Positions 39,920 to 50,400 of a stretch of 64,000 nucleotides of DNA are shown piece by piece. The DNA lies in the NCBI GenBank assembly GCA_038886535.1, contig JAVZXS010000002.1, positions 160,001 to 224,000 of the forward strand. Direction: 5' to 3'. Positions within the stretch are counted from its first letter, which is position 1. Each line of letters begins with the position of its first letter. A program made the position numbers and the translations under genes. The stretch is from Candidatus Micrarchaeia archaeon. Lineage in GTDB: Archaea > Micrarchaeota > Micrarchaeia > CABMEP01. The notes below the pieces were generated by a model. That model was not told the origin of the DNA. It did not search any database and was given only the letters and a program-made list of their open reading frames with translations.

Positions 39920-40822
39920 CTAATGTAATAAAATAGTGTCGCAGCCTTCTGGTTCTCCATAATATGCAGGACCGCTTATAACAAGTTTTACATATCCAAG
40001 TATGGGTATTCTGAAGATTACTTTTCCTTTTATGTCACTTTCTCTCACAATATCAAAATAGCTAATGTCCATATAGTTGTTATTGTCTCCCTTTGTTAGC
40101 AAATAGTAGCTTTCCCCCACTTTAAGCTTGAGAAATACTCTGTGAACTATATCCATATTTGTATATGTTCCGTTTAGATGGGATGCATAAACTATTACGT
40201 CATTAGTAAGATTTTCACTTATTTCCTTTTCATCAATATATATTGATCTAACACATTCAGGAGAATAACCTACCAATTTCTTTGCTGAAGAAGAAATTCT
40301 TGGGCACATGCTCTGACATTTGTAAATGATGCTTCCATTCTTACTACTGCCGCATAAAACTTTAGAATTGTTTATGTCATTCAGTTCTTCTTCTGTTATT
40401 TCAATCGTAGGCGCATTAATGTCTTTTGCCTTAATTCCTTGCACTATTACAAAGTCTCCTCTCTCATAAGATGGCAGGAGAGAGCAGGAAACAACACTGC
40501 TAATTGGAACAGAGGTTCCAAGCAGGAAAGATATGGTTGCAAATATAATTATTGCAAGTGCCGCAGCCTTTAATATCTCAATTATTTCTTGTTTCCAGCT
40601 TGTTTGTGATGCACTTACATAAATGTCAACAAAAAAATACGCAATAAGTGAAAAGCCTGAAAGAAATGCAAAGATTATGGATTTTGTCAAAAGATATAGA
40701 ATGAAAGATATTCCAAAAACAATCAATAGCAGATTGCTTTTATGTAGTTCTGTCAGTTTTTCTTTTCGTTTGTCTTCCTTTTCTATTTTTGTATTTTTTT
40801 CTAATTTATCTTCCATGATCAT
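39920..40822 (-). CDS. Signal peptidase I (Sec11/S26B-like) with extra N-terminal TMs and Cys-containing insert
   Basis: VVSCSLLP..RGD box B, IVHRV, TKGDNN..D, GKV..IP.LGY. Confidence 0.85.
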   Translation of the reverse strand: MIMEDKLEKNTKIEKEDKRKEKLTELHKSNLLLIVFGISFILYLLTKSIIFAFLSGFSLIAYFFVDIYVSASQTSWKQEIIEILKAAALAIIIFATISFLLGTSVPISSVVSCSLLPSYERGDFVIVQGIKAKDINAPTIEITEEELNDINNSKVLCGSSKNGSIIYKCQSMCPRISSSAKKLVGYSPECVRSIYIDEKEISENLTNDVIVYASHLNGTYTNMDIVHRVFLKLKVGESYYLLTKGDNNNYMDISYFDIVRESDIKGKVIFRIPILGYVKLVISGPAYYGEPEGCDTILLH

Positions 40823-40960
40823 ATTTGTTTGTAAAGTAATTAAAATATATCTTAAAATGTCGCAAAAATAGAATTAAGAAAAAATAAACGATTCAAATAA
40901 TAAAAAATAGAAATATAAAAAAGAAAAAATAAGGCGATTGCAATGACAGACTAGTTATGT

Positions 40961-42037
40961 TTACCACATAACCTCTTCTATCATTTCATATGCCTTGTGT
41001 TCTTGTTTCTGCGGTTCAAGGTTTCCAAGCAATGATGTTGATGTTACACCAGTCATGATTGCAGTGACAACAACCTTGTCTCCGAGTTCTGGCATGAGTC
41101 TTGCTCCCCAGATTACATTTGCATTGTTGTCAAATGCTGCAGTTATTCCTTCACCAATCTTGGTTGCCTCACCCAATGTAAGGTTTGGACCACCTGCTAT
41201 GTGGATGAGGGCTCCCTTTGCACCCTCATAGCTGACATCAAGCAATGGGTGCTCTAGTGTGCTCTTTATTGCATCCTCAACTTTGTTTGTTCCCTTTCCT
41301 TCTCCAACAGAGAGCATTGCAACTCCACCGTTGCCCATGATTGCTCTTATATCTGCAAAGTCAATGTTGATGAGTGATGGGGTCATTATAGTATCGGATA
41401 TTCCTTTTATTGCTCTTGCAAGGATTTCATCTGCTACATTGAATGCCTCATTCATTGGTAAGTTTGGCACATATTGAACTAATCTGTTGTTGTCAATCAC
41501 AACCACGGTGTCACATGTTTTTCTTAATTCTTCCAATCCCCATCTTGCCTTTTCTGTTCTCGCTCTCTCAAGAGAGAACGGGTATGTAACCATACCAACT
41601 ACTATTGCACCCTCTTTCTTTGCAACCTCTGCAACTACTGGTGCAGCACCTGTACCTGTACCTCCTCCCATACCTGCTGTAATGAATACTAAATCTGCTC
41701 CGCTTAATGCCTCTGCAAGCTTGTCTTTTGATGCCTCAGCTGCCTTTCTTGCAACCTCCGGATATCCTCCAGCACCAAGACCTCTTGTTATTGACTGACC
41801 AATTAAGAGTCTCTTGTGAGCCTCTGTTATCTTTAGGTGGTTGACATCAGTGTTAATTGCTATTGTGTCTGCTGTTTTTATCCCAGATCTCATTATTCTG
41901 GTGATGCTGTTGCATCCACCTCCACCTACTCCTACAACAGTGATTCTGATCTTGTCAGATCCAAGGTAATCTTTCTCCGGTGCCTTGGTCGCCTTAACTG
42001 TGGTTCCAGATGTAAACGAACTTAGGAAGCTTTCCAT
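40961..42037 (-). CDS. ftsZ: Cell division protein FtsZ (FtsZ2-like)
   Basis: [36 protein letters not shown]; start MES at 42037. Confidence 0.96.
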   Translation of the reverse strand: MESFLSSFTSGTTVKATKAPEKDYLGSDKIRITVVGVGGGGCNSITRIMRSGIKTADTIAINTDVNHLKITEAHKRLLIGQSITRGLGAGGYPEVARKAAEASKDKLAEALSGADLVFITAGMGGGTGTGAAPVVAEVAKKEGAIVVGMVTYPFSLERARTEKARWGLEELRKTCDTVVVIDNNRLVQYVPNLPMNEAFNVADEILARAIKGISDTIMTPSLINIDFADIRAIMGNGGVAMLSVGEGKGTNKVEDAIKSTLEHPLLDVSYEGAKGALIHIAGGPNLTLGEATKIGEGITAAFDNNANVIWGARLMPELGDKVVVTAIMTGVTSTSLLGNLEPQKQEHKAYEMIEEVMW

Positions 42038-42114
42038 TTTAACACCCTGCCTCAAATATTATTTTCCACTAAAAAAATTAAGTGGACTGGCTGAAAATCA
42101 GCCAGCTAACAAAT

Positions 42115-43176
42115 TCAACCAATTATTTCAATGTCACCATAAACTGGTGATTCTACTTTTTGCTCTTCAAGTGGTACTCCTACTACACTTGCGCCCTTTA
42201 CTCCAGTTACGATCGCAACTATTTCTATCTTGCCATCGTATCCTGGAATAAGTCTTGCTCCCCACTTGACGCTTGCTGTTGAATCCATTCTTTCAGTTAT
42301 TATTTCTCCTGCTTTGATTGCATCTCCCAGTGTTAGATCGTTTCCACCAGAGATGTGGATCAAAGCACCCTTTGCTCCTTCGAAGTCAACATCAAGCAAT
42401 CTGTTCTTTAGAACTCCTTCTGCAGCTGCCTGAACCTTATTTGTTCCTCTTCCTTCACCAACTGCAATGAAACCAACATCACCTTGAGACATGATTGCTC
42501 TTACATCTGCAAAGTCAATGTTGATTAATGAAGGCTGTGTGATTGTCCAGACAAGTCCACCAATTGCTCTTGCAAGTATCTCATCTGCAACTCCGAAAGC
42601 CTCGTTCATTGGGAGATTTGGAACTAATTGAACCAGTCTGTTGTTGTCAATTATAATAACACTGTCTGCGTGTTTTCTAAGCATCTGAATTCCTTCGTCT
42701 GCTTTGCTTCTTCTTGCCTTTTCAAGTGCGAATGGGTATGTAACCATAGCAACTACTATTGCACCTTGTTCTTTTGCAATTTCTGCAACAACAGGAGCAC
42801 TTCCTGTACCTGTACCTCCTCCCATACCTGCACATATGAATACTAATTGTGCGTCCTTCAATGCTCTTTCAATTAAAGGCTTGTCAATTTCTGCAGCCTT
42901 TCTTCCTACATCAACATATCCTCCAGCACCAAGACCTCTTGTTATAGATTTACCTATAAGAATCTTTTGAATCCTTTCATCTAATGTCAATAAGTGCTGG
43001 TTATCTGTATTGATTGCAATCAAATCAGCACCCTTGACACCATATCTAAGAAGTCTCTGAAGGGTGTTGTTTCCTCCACCACCGCAGCCCACGACTGCGA
43101 TCTTAATTCTTTCAACTGGACCAAGATTTGACTCAGCCTCAGTGTGTCCTGTAACAGATTTGATTAAGCTTTCCAT
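42115..43176 (-). CDS. ftsZ: Cell division protein FtsZ (FtsZ2-like, second copy)
   Basis: [30 protein letters not shown]. Confidence 0.96.
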   Translation of the reverse strand: MESLIKSVTGHTEAESNLGPVERIKIAVVGCGGGGNNTLQRLLRYGVKGADLIAINTDNQHLLTLDERIQKILIGKSITRGLGAGGYVDVGRKAAEIDKPLIERALKDAQLVFICAGMGGGTGTGSAPVVAEIAKEQGAIVVAMVTYPFALEKARRSKADEGIQMLRKHADSVIIIDNNRLVQLVPNLPMNEAFGVADEILARAIGGLVWTITQPSLINIDFADVRAIMSQGDVGFIAVGEGRGTNKVQAAAEGVLKNRLLDVDFEGAKGALIHISGGNDLTLGDAIKAGEIITERMDSTASVKWGARLIPGYDGKIEIVAIVTGVKGASVVGVPLEEQKVESPVYGDIEIIG

Positions 43177-43341
43177 TACAATCGCCTCAATATTGCTATT
43201 AATATATAATATTTAAATATGTTTCTTTTTTTCTTTTTTCTTCGTCGTAAATTTTTTGAAAAATTTTCAATTTTGAAGAACGAAAATAACTATTTTGATA
43301 CTTTTTCAATTTTTTGACGACTCAAAAATAAAAAAATAGTT

Positions 43342-43408
43342 TTAAAAATATTGAATTATAATTCTTATTTGTATATATAAAATTGTTAAAAATATTGAAT
43401 TATAATTC
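43342..43408. promoter_or_regulatory. Two exact 23-bp direct repeats TTAAAAATATTGAATTATAATTC (44-bp period), each holding palindrome GAATTATAATTC
   Basis: Copies at 43342-43364 and 43386-43408 in the divergent ftsZ/DUF134 intergenic region. Confidence 0.75.
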
Positions 43409-43459
43409 ATGTACTTTAAACATTATGTGCTGTCAAAATATTGCTAATAATCAAGTGAT

Positions 43460-43744
43460 ATGATGCCAAAAAAGAGAAAATATAGGAAGATAGGTTCGGT
43501 TCCTAATGTAAGAATATTCAAGCCATTTGGAAATAAAGTAAATCATTTAGATGAGATCGTATTAACAATCGATGAATTCGAGGCACTAAGACTTGCTGAA
43601 TTAAACAATCTTAAACAGAAACAAGCAGCAAATAGAATGTGGATTTCTCAATCTACTTTCAATCGTCTTCTTAAATCAGCTAGAAAAAAGATTGCTTTGG
43701 CAATTATAGCGGGAAAACAAATTAGAATCGAATCAAGCAAATAA
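43460..43744 (+). CDS. DUF134 (UPF0251) HTH protein
   Basis: PKKRKYRKI..FKP, LTIDEFEALRL, Q..AA.RM.ISQSTF.R.L.SARKKIA. Confidence 0.9.
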   Translation: MMPKKRKYRKIGSVPNVRIFKPFGNKVNHLDEIVLTIDEFEALRLAELNNLKQKQAANRMWISQSTFNRLLKSARKKIALAIIAGKQIRIESSK

Positions 43745-43768
43745 ACAAAACGTAAATGAATTTAGTCA

Positions 43769-44914
43769 TCAGATTATTTCTTCGATATTTCCGTCTGCAG
43801 CTTTTTCAATTCTTTCCATTATTGCTCTTCCTATTCCGAATTCATAAACTCCTTCAATTAAGATAACATCGAAATTATTTTTATCGGCATTTCTCAACTC
43901 TTTAAATAGACAACGGGCCATTTGAATATGGTTTTCATACTCTGTGATGTTTCCTAATTTAGAAAATTCTTTCTTCATTTTTTCAGGTATTGGTTCTGAG
44001 AATATTATCTTTACTTTTTTCTTTTTATTGGATAATTTTTCTGCAGCATATGCCATATTTATTATTGTTTTCATTCTGCCATCCTTTCTTCTTCCTATGA
44101 ATACCTTTGCATCTGGAGAATAGTGTTTATATTTCATACCTGGAGAAAGAGGTTTTTCGCAGTTCTTTTTGCAGATTTCAATATTCTTCTTTAGTTCTTC
44201 TTCTATTTGTTCTTTTGTTATGTAACCTTCTCTTAAAATAGTATATGGTTCAGACACCATATTAATTACAGTTGATTCAATACCTATCTTACATTGGCCA
44301 CCATCTATAATTAATGGGACCTTTCCTTGAAGATCAAAAAATGCATCTTTTGCATTAGTGGCACTCGGTTTTCCTGAAAGATTTGCAGAAGGAGCAGCGA
44401 TAGGAAATCCCGATGCTTTGATTATGTCTAATGCAATAGAGTGGTTTGGCATTCTTATTGCAATAGTATCTAATCCTGCAGTTGTTATCTCTGGTACTAA
44501 AGTATTTTTCTTTAATATCAAAGTTAAAGGTCCAGGCCAAAATTTGTTCATTAGTCTCTTAGCATCTTCGCTTATCTCTTCAACTAAGAATTTTAACATT
44601 TCTAAAGATGATATATGAACAATTAATGGATTGTCTTTAGGTCTGTTTTTTATTTTAAATATCTTAGAAACAGCGCTAGAGTCAAATGCATTTGCACCTA
44701 AGCCATAAACTGTTTCGGTTGGAAATACTATAACCTCTCCAGAATTTAGTAATGATGAAACTTCTTCTATTATTCTTTTATATTCATGTACATGTAGTTT
44801 TCTTACATCGATTATTTTAGTGTTGATAATCCGTTCTTCTTTTGGGTTGAGGATTTGATGGTTTTTATTTTTTCCCCTTGCTTCTTTCTCTTTTTTATTT
44901 CTTTTCAAATCCAT
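43769..44914 (-). CDS. sua5: Threonylcarbamoyl-AMP synthase Sua5
   Basis: FPTETVYGLGA, KNRPKDNPLIVH, APSANLSG, PGMKYKHY, Sua5 C-domain. Confidence 0.96.
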   Translation of the reverse strand: MDLKRNKKEKEARGKNKNHQILNPKEERIINTKIIDVRKLHVHEYKRIIEEVSSLLNSGEVIVFPTETVYGLGANAFDSSAVSKIFKIKNRPKDNPLIVHISSLEMLKFLVEEISEDAKRLMNKFWPGPLTLILKKNTLVPEITTAGLDTIAIRMPNHSIALDIIKASGFPIAAPSANLSGKPSATNAKDAFFDLQGKVPLIIDGGQCKIGIESTVINMVSEPYTILREGYITKEQIEEELKKNIEICKKNCEKPLSPGMKYKHYSPDAKVFIGRRKDGRMKTIINMAYAAEKLSNKKKKVKIIFSEPIPEKMKKEFSKLGNITEYENHIQMARCLFKELRNADKNNFDVILIEGVYEFGIGRAIMERIEKAADGNIEEII

Positions 44915-45018
44915 AATCTACACCATATAATAACCAACATAACTAATTTTGACTTAAAATTTAACGAAATTTTTCTTTATATATTTAACGATTTTTTAAT
45001 GCAAATGTAAAATGAGAT

Positions 45019-45948
45019 CTAAACCTTGATTTTTCCAATTATTCTCATCTTTCCTTCTGGCCTTAGTAAAAGATACTCATTTCCAGGAATGATTGCAATA
45101 TCTTTATCTGATTTAAGTTTTATCTTTCCATCTGAAACACTTACAACATCAACCTGCCTGTATTGAAGATGCGCAGCGATAAATATTTTGCTGTTTTCTT
45201 TTACTTCTTCTGTGTAATACTTATTCTTTATGAAATCGCCCTCTATTTCCTTTGCAGATTTTAATTCCTGCTTTGAAAATAAATGCCCTCGTTCTACCTC
45301 TTCAACGCTGACTCCTTTTAGTGCCAAGCCAACTCTTTCTCCTATTTCAGCGGATTTTACATCTTTATCATGGACTTGTATGGATCGAATCGTTACTTTT
45401 TTTCCTCCAGGATATATTCCGAATTCATCATGGACATTTACACTCCCTCTCGCCACGCCAAGAACGACAGTTCCAACGCTTTTAACGTCAAAAGCGGCAT
45501 CGATTATTACATGTTCTATTTCTGATTTTTTATTTTCAAATTTTGCAATTCTTGGATATATTTCAGATGGAACCTTATCTACAATTATGAATGATTCAAG
45601 CACAGTTCCTTTTACTAAATTTACAAATTTGTCTTTTTCGACATAATCATCAAATATTATCAATCCTTTGTTTATTCCTAAAAGGTCAAGCGCTATTATG
45701 TACTCCCCCAATTCTTTATCTAATTTTTTAACAACTAAAATTGCTGCATCTGCCATTGCCAAGCAGTGAGTTAGTGATTGAAGCTTTTCTGGATAGCTTG
45801 TAGGAACTAAGAAAGTCGCAGTCAGTTCTCTACCTTGCATGTCACTTCCTTTGTAATTATATATTGTAAAATCAGTAACAGTTCCTTTTTTTCCAAGTTC
45901 TTTTGCAAATTCGTTGTCTCCTAAAATTACGACATTTATATTCTTCAT
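45019..45948 (-). CDS. Archaeal SelB/EF-Tu-like protein with degenerate G domain
   Basis: LGKKGTVTD, YPEKLQSL; domain II FDVKSVGTVVLG, IRSIQVHD, RVGLALKG; no GxxxxGK. Confidence 0.82.
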   Translation of the reverse strand: MKNINVVILGDNEFAKELGKKGTVTDFTIYNYKGSDMQGRELTATFLVPTSYPEKLQSLTHCLAMADAAILVVKKLDKELGEYIIALDLLGINKGLIIFDDYVEKDKFVNLVKGTVLESFIIVDKVPSEIYPRIAKFENKKSEIEHVIIDAAFDVKSVGTVVLGVARGSVNVHDEFGIYPGGKKVTIRSIQVHDKDVKSAEIGERVGLALKGVSVEEVERGHLFSKQELKSAKEIEGDFIKNKYYTEEVKENSKIFIAAHLQYRQVDVVSVSDGKIKLKSDKDIAIIPGNEYLLLRPEGKMRIIGKIKV

Positions 45949-46047
45949 TTTTTACACCGCTATATTTTATACAATAAATAATTAGTATAATTATAATTAA
46001 AATTAATATTTATAATATTTAGCAGGCTAATTTTTCCAGTTGATAAA

Positions 46048-46767
46048 ATGACTAAATTTGTAAGACTACATAGGTTTTCTAATATTTCCGCTTCACAACT
46101 TTGGTCTTTTACGATAGCTGCAAGAAAGATGCCTAAAGGATTTTATCAGCTTAATCCAATTTCGTTTGTTAAAGAGAATGAAGGAGAAATGTTTATTTTA
46201 GAAAAGGATTTAGAAAAATTTTCTAAATCTATTCCAACTGAAGTTCAAAATACATTGATTCAAAATTTCTTTTCAGAATGGTTTAAATCTTACGAATTAG
46301 CAAAAATTTCAATTAATGATCTTAATGGACTTTCCTTTTCTTCTCTTTCTAATGAAGTTCTTTACAAAATTTATTCTATAATAAGTATGCAAAGCAGCGA
46401 TGTTTCAAAAATTATTTTCTTTTCAAAGGTATTGGAGGTAACAAATAAAGATATGCATTCGAAATTGAGGACCTTTCTTTCAAATAGATCAATATCCGAT
46501 GGAGAGATCCTTTCTCTTTCTTTGAATTTGTTTAATGACAAACTATTTGAAGAGATAGGAAAACGAATATACAAAACAAAAAAAGAAACTTATCTAATGT
46601 CTCCAGAAGAGTTCCATTCCGCTCTCTATGGTGGTGTTTTTGACGATGAAGAAATAAACGAAAGAAAAACAAATTACATAATGGTTTATGATCTTGAAAA
46701 GGATGCGCCACATATCTATAGCGGAGAAAAAGCAAGGGTAATGGAAGCCTCTTTATTAAAAAGTTAA
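46048..46767 (+). CDS. Hypothetical protein (239 aa)
   Basis: Long ORF filling the gap; no motif recognised. Confidence 0.55.
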   Translation: MTKFVRLHRFSNISASQLWSFTIAARKMPKGFYQLNPISFVKENEGEMFILEKDLEKFSKSIPTEVQNTLIQNFFSEWFKSYELAKISINDLNGLSFSSLSNEVLYKIYSIISMQSSDVSKIIFFSKVLEVTNKDMHSKLRTFLSNRSISDGEILSLSLNLFNDKLFEEIGKRIYKTKKETYLMSPEEFHSALYGGVFDDEEINERKTNYIMVYDLEKDAPHIYSGEKARVMEASLLKS

Positions 46768-46796
46768 ATATAATTTGTATATTTCAGGGTGGTAGT

Positions 46797-47081
46797 ATGA
46801 TGTCTGAAATACCTATAAGACTAGATAAGGTAAATAAGAAAGATATAGACAAAGAGATTTTAAGAGCAGGAATAATTGCAGAACTTGATGCAATTAATCT
46901 ATATGAGCAAATGGCAGCATTGGCTCAAGATAAGAAGATAAAAGCTATGCTTCTTGACATTGCAAAAGAAGAGAAGACCCACGTCGGCGAATTTCAAAGG
47001 CTTCTTTTGAATAGAGATAAGCAACAGGTGGAAGAATTAGAAAGGGGAAAGGAAGAAGTAATGAAAGAAGTAGGAGAATGA
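46797..47081 (+). CDS. Short ferritin-like protein (Flp/rubrerythrin-like)
   Basis: IIAELDAINLYEQ..DIAKEEKTHVGEF di-iron ExxH pattern. Confidence 0.87.
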   Translation: MMSEIPIRLDKVNKKDIDKEILRAGIIAELDAINLYEQMAALAQDKKIKAMLLDIAKEEKTHVGEFQRLLLNRDKQQVEELERGKEEVMKEVGE

Positions 47082-47084
47082 GTG

Positions 47085-47444
47085 CTATTCCTTCAATGCT
47101 TTTTTTACTTCTTTTATTAAATCTGTATGTATGGATGTTTTAGGCAGAACTCTAACTGGAAAATATTTTGCTGCGAATTCTCTTTCTATTTCAAATGGCA
47201 TTCCTACTGCAGTCACTACTATTACTGGTTTATTTAATCTCATTTTTTTGAATTCAGCCATTACTTCTCTTCCAGACATTACCGGCATCATGATGTCTAA
47301 AAGTATAAGGTCATAATTTTTTGCCTTTTTGATTCCTTCTTTCGGATTCAATGCATAGTCTGCTTTATACCCATTCATTTCTAAAAGCATCTTAACACTT
47401 TCTGCAACATCACTTTCATCTTCTATTATTAATATCTTTTTCAT
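47085..47444 (-). CDS. Stand-alone response regulator receiver
   Basis: ILIIEDE, LLDIMMPVMSG, VVTA, K. Confidence 0.93.
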   Translation of the reverse strand: MKKILIIEDESDVAESVKMLLEMNGYKADYALNPKEGIKKAKNYDLILLDIMMPVMSGREVMAEFKKMRLNKPVIVVTAVGMPFEIEREFAAKYFPVRVLPKTSIHTDLIKEVKKALKE

Positions 47445-47457
47445 TTTATCACCATTA

Positions 47458-50400
47458 CTATTCCCTTGGAAGAATTATCTCAAATCTAGTACCTTTTCCT
47501 TTTTCACTCTTTACGTTTATCTCTCCTTTGTGTTTATCAACAATTTCTTTAACAATTGTTAAACCAATTCCCGTGCCCGGTGAATTTGGATCTGCCTTAT
47601 AAAATTTTTCAAAAATATGGGATTTTTCTTCTTCTGTCATTCCGATTCCAGTATCTTCTACAGCAATCATAAATTTATGGTCGAAGGATTTGGTTTCTAT
47701 TTTTATTTCCCCTTTATCAGTAAATTTAACAGCATTGCTTATAAGGTTTGATAGCATCAATGAAAACAAATTTTTATCTATCATAGCTACTATAGGTTCT
47801 AATTCCCTTTTAATGACTATTCCTTTTTTATTTGCTAGCGGAGAGTACTCTTCATAAATCTCATTAATCAAATCATTTATTATTGTTCTTTCTTTATTTA
47901 GAGCCACTGAACTTAATCTAGTTAAATTCAATATCTGATCTATAGAGTTCTTTAATCTTTCACCACTTCTTTGCAGCATTTCAATCATTTTGAGCCATTC
48001 TTTTTCCTTTCCAATTGGTGCCATTTGCTTTAGCATTTCTAAATTTGTTAATATAACTGAGGTGGGCGTTTTAAGTTCGTGCGTCATATTTCTTATAAAT
48101 TCATCTTTTGTTTCTTCTAGCCTTTCAATCTGCTGCAATTTTTCATTTAGCTCTTTAGTTTTATTTTCTACTTCTTTTTCCAATTCTATCCTGTAGTTTT
48201 TCTCTAAATTTTCTTTTTCTTTTCTTTCAGTTATGTCATGAAACATAATGTATATTTTATTTAATTTATTTTTTTCTAATTCTCCTTGAGCTAGGATTTC
48301 AACATCGTATTTTTTACCATCTAAGCTTATTTCTATATCGTCGTGATAAATTCCATCTCTTTTAACTGCAGAAATTATTTTTTTAATAAGTTTTTTATCC
48401 GAGTAAATATCAAAAATATTCTTTCCGATCAGTTCAGTTGTTTTTAACCCATATCTCTCAATAGAAGGGGTTACTAATTCAATGTTTAGCTTATCATTTA
48501 ACTCAAAATATATGTCGTTTATGTTTTGGAATAATGTTCTATATCTTTTTTCAGATTCAGTTATAAGATCTATTATTTCTTTTTCTTTCGTTATATCACG
48601 ATATACAATAATAAGATCGCCTGTTTTAATTTTAAAAACATAGTAATCACGCCATCCTTTTCTTATCGGATCACTGTAATATATGTTTTTAATTTGCGTT
48701 TTTTTACCTGTTTTGAGTGTCTGTCGAAGCTGTTTTAATAATCCTAGTTTTTTAATTCCTGGAAACATTTTTGCGATGTTCTTTCCTATTACTTCTTCTT
48801 TTTTAACTTTGCTTATTTCAGTGGCTCTTTCGTTTATTTCTTTAATAATGAAGTTTCTTCCATTTTTAATAGGGGTTAAAACAATTATGCCATCACTGAT
48901 ATTCTCAAATATATTAAAGTAAAGTTCTTCTCTTTCTTTTAATTTTTCTTCTATTGATTTTCTTTGTCTTATATCTCTTAGGATTGCTATTAATTTTATT
49001 TCATTTCCTATAGTAAATTTATTCATAGTTAATTCAATTGGAATATTTTCTTCTTTTGTTCTAATATTTACTTCTACTGTTTTTCCAATTAGGGGCGATT
49101 TTCCTGTCTTCTTAAAAATATTTAATCTATTCAATGGATATTCTTTGACTGAAAGTATAGAATGAATATCCTTTCCTTTTATCTTTTCTAACTGATAGCC
49201 TGTTAGTTTTTCAAATGCTTTATTAACATATTCGAACCTAAGATTGCTGTCTCCCACTACGATTGCATCTACACTAGCATCGAAAACGCCTTTTAAATAT
49301 TCATTGTCTTTTTTAATTTCGTCTAACAATTCCTGCTCTCTAGTTAGATTTATGTGGTTTGCAAAAAAGTAAGAAGGCTTGCCTTTTTCAAAAACAGTAT
49401 CAATTATTAATCTAACTGGAATATTATTTCCATATTTATCTTTGTTGATGATATTCCCTTCCCAGTGACCTTTTCTTTTGTCTAAAATGGATTTCCACAT
49501 TTCTTTATAGGTTTTTAATGGAGTCAGTCCAGATTTTAATATTTTTGGATTTTTACCGATTACTTCTTTTTCATCATATCCATAAAGACCAGTGAAAGCA
49601 GAATTAACGTGCATTATAACTGGTTCATTGTTTTCATATTTTACTAAAAGTCTTGAAATTGCACTTAATGTGAATCCTTTTTTTAGTAATTTTAATTCAT
49701 CAATTTTTCTTTTTTCAGATTCTTCAAGTTCTTTTTTGTAAATCATTTGGCTGATTTGCGAAGCTAAATCTTTGATCAATTTAATCATATATCTGTTTAT
49801 TAAAATCTCATTTCTGAAATGTATAGTTAGGATCCCATAGAATTTGTTTCTTATTTTTATAGGATATAATGCAGCAGAATGGCTGCCAGTTTCTTCTTTA
49901 TGCTGTCTGTAAATTCCTTTAGAAACATCTTCAATGACGAATCCCTTTTTCTTAACTTTCTCAATCAATTCATCATTATAAAAACCTAAAATCTCCTCTT
50001 TTGTTTGATCAGTCGAAGAATAGAAATAAAGTTCCTTGCTTTTTCCATCAATTCTTAAAAGATGGATGCAACCTAAATATTTATTTTTATGGATTTTTTG
50101 AACAACTGCGCTTAATATTTTTTCTTCTATAAGTGGCTTATTCAAAATTATATGAACATCCAGTAAGGTTCTAAGTAGTTCATTTACTACTTTTAATTCT
50201 TCAGTTTTCCTTAGCTCTTCAGTTATTTCATTTAAAATCAGCATAACTTCGACAATGTTATTATTTTCATCCGTTATTGGGTTACAGATGGTTATAAATT
50301 TTCTTTTTTTACCCCCTATCATTAATTCCAAATGTTTTATTCCTTCTTTGCCGTTTACCGCATTTAAAAACAAACGTTGTACTTCATTATTTTCAATTTC

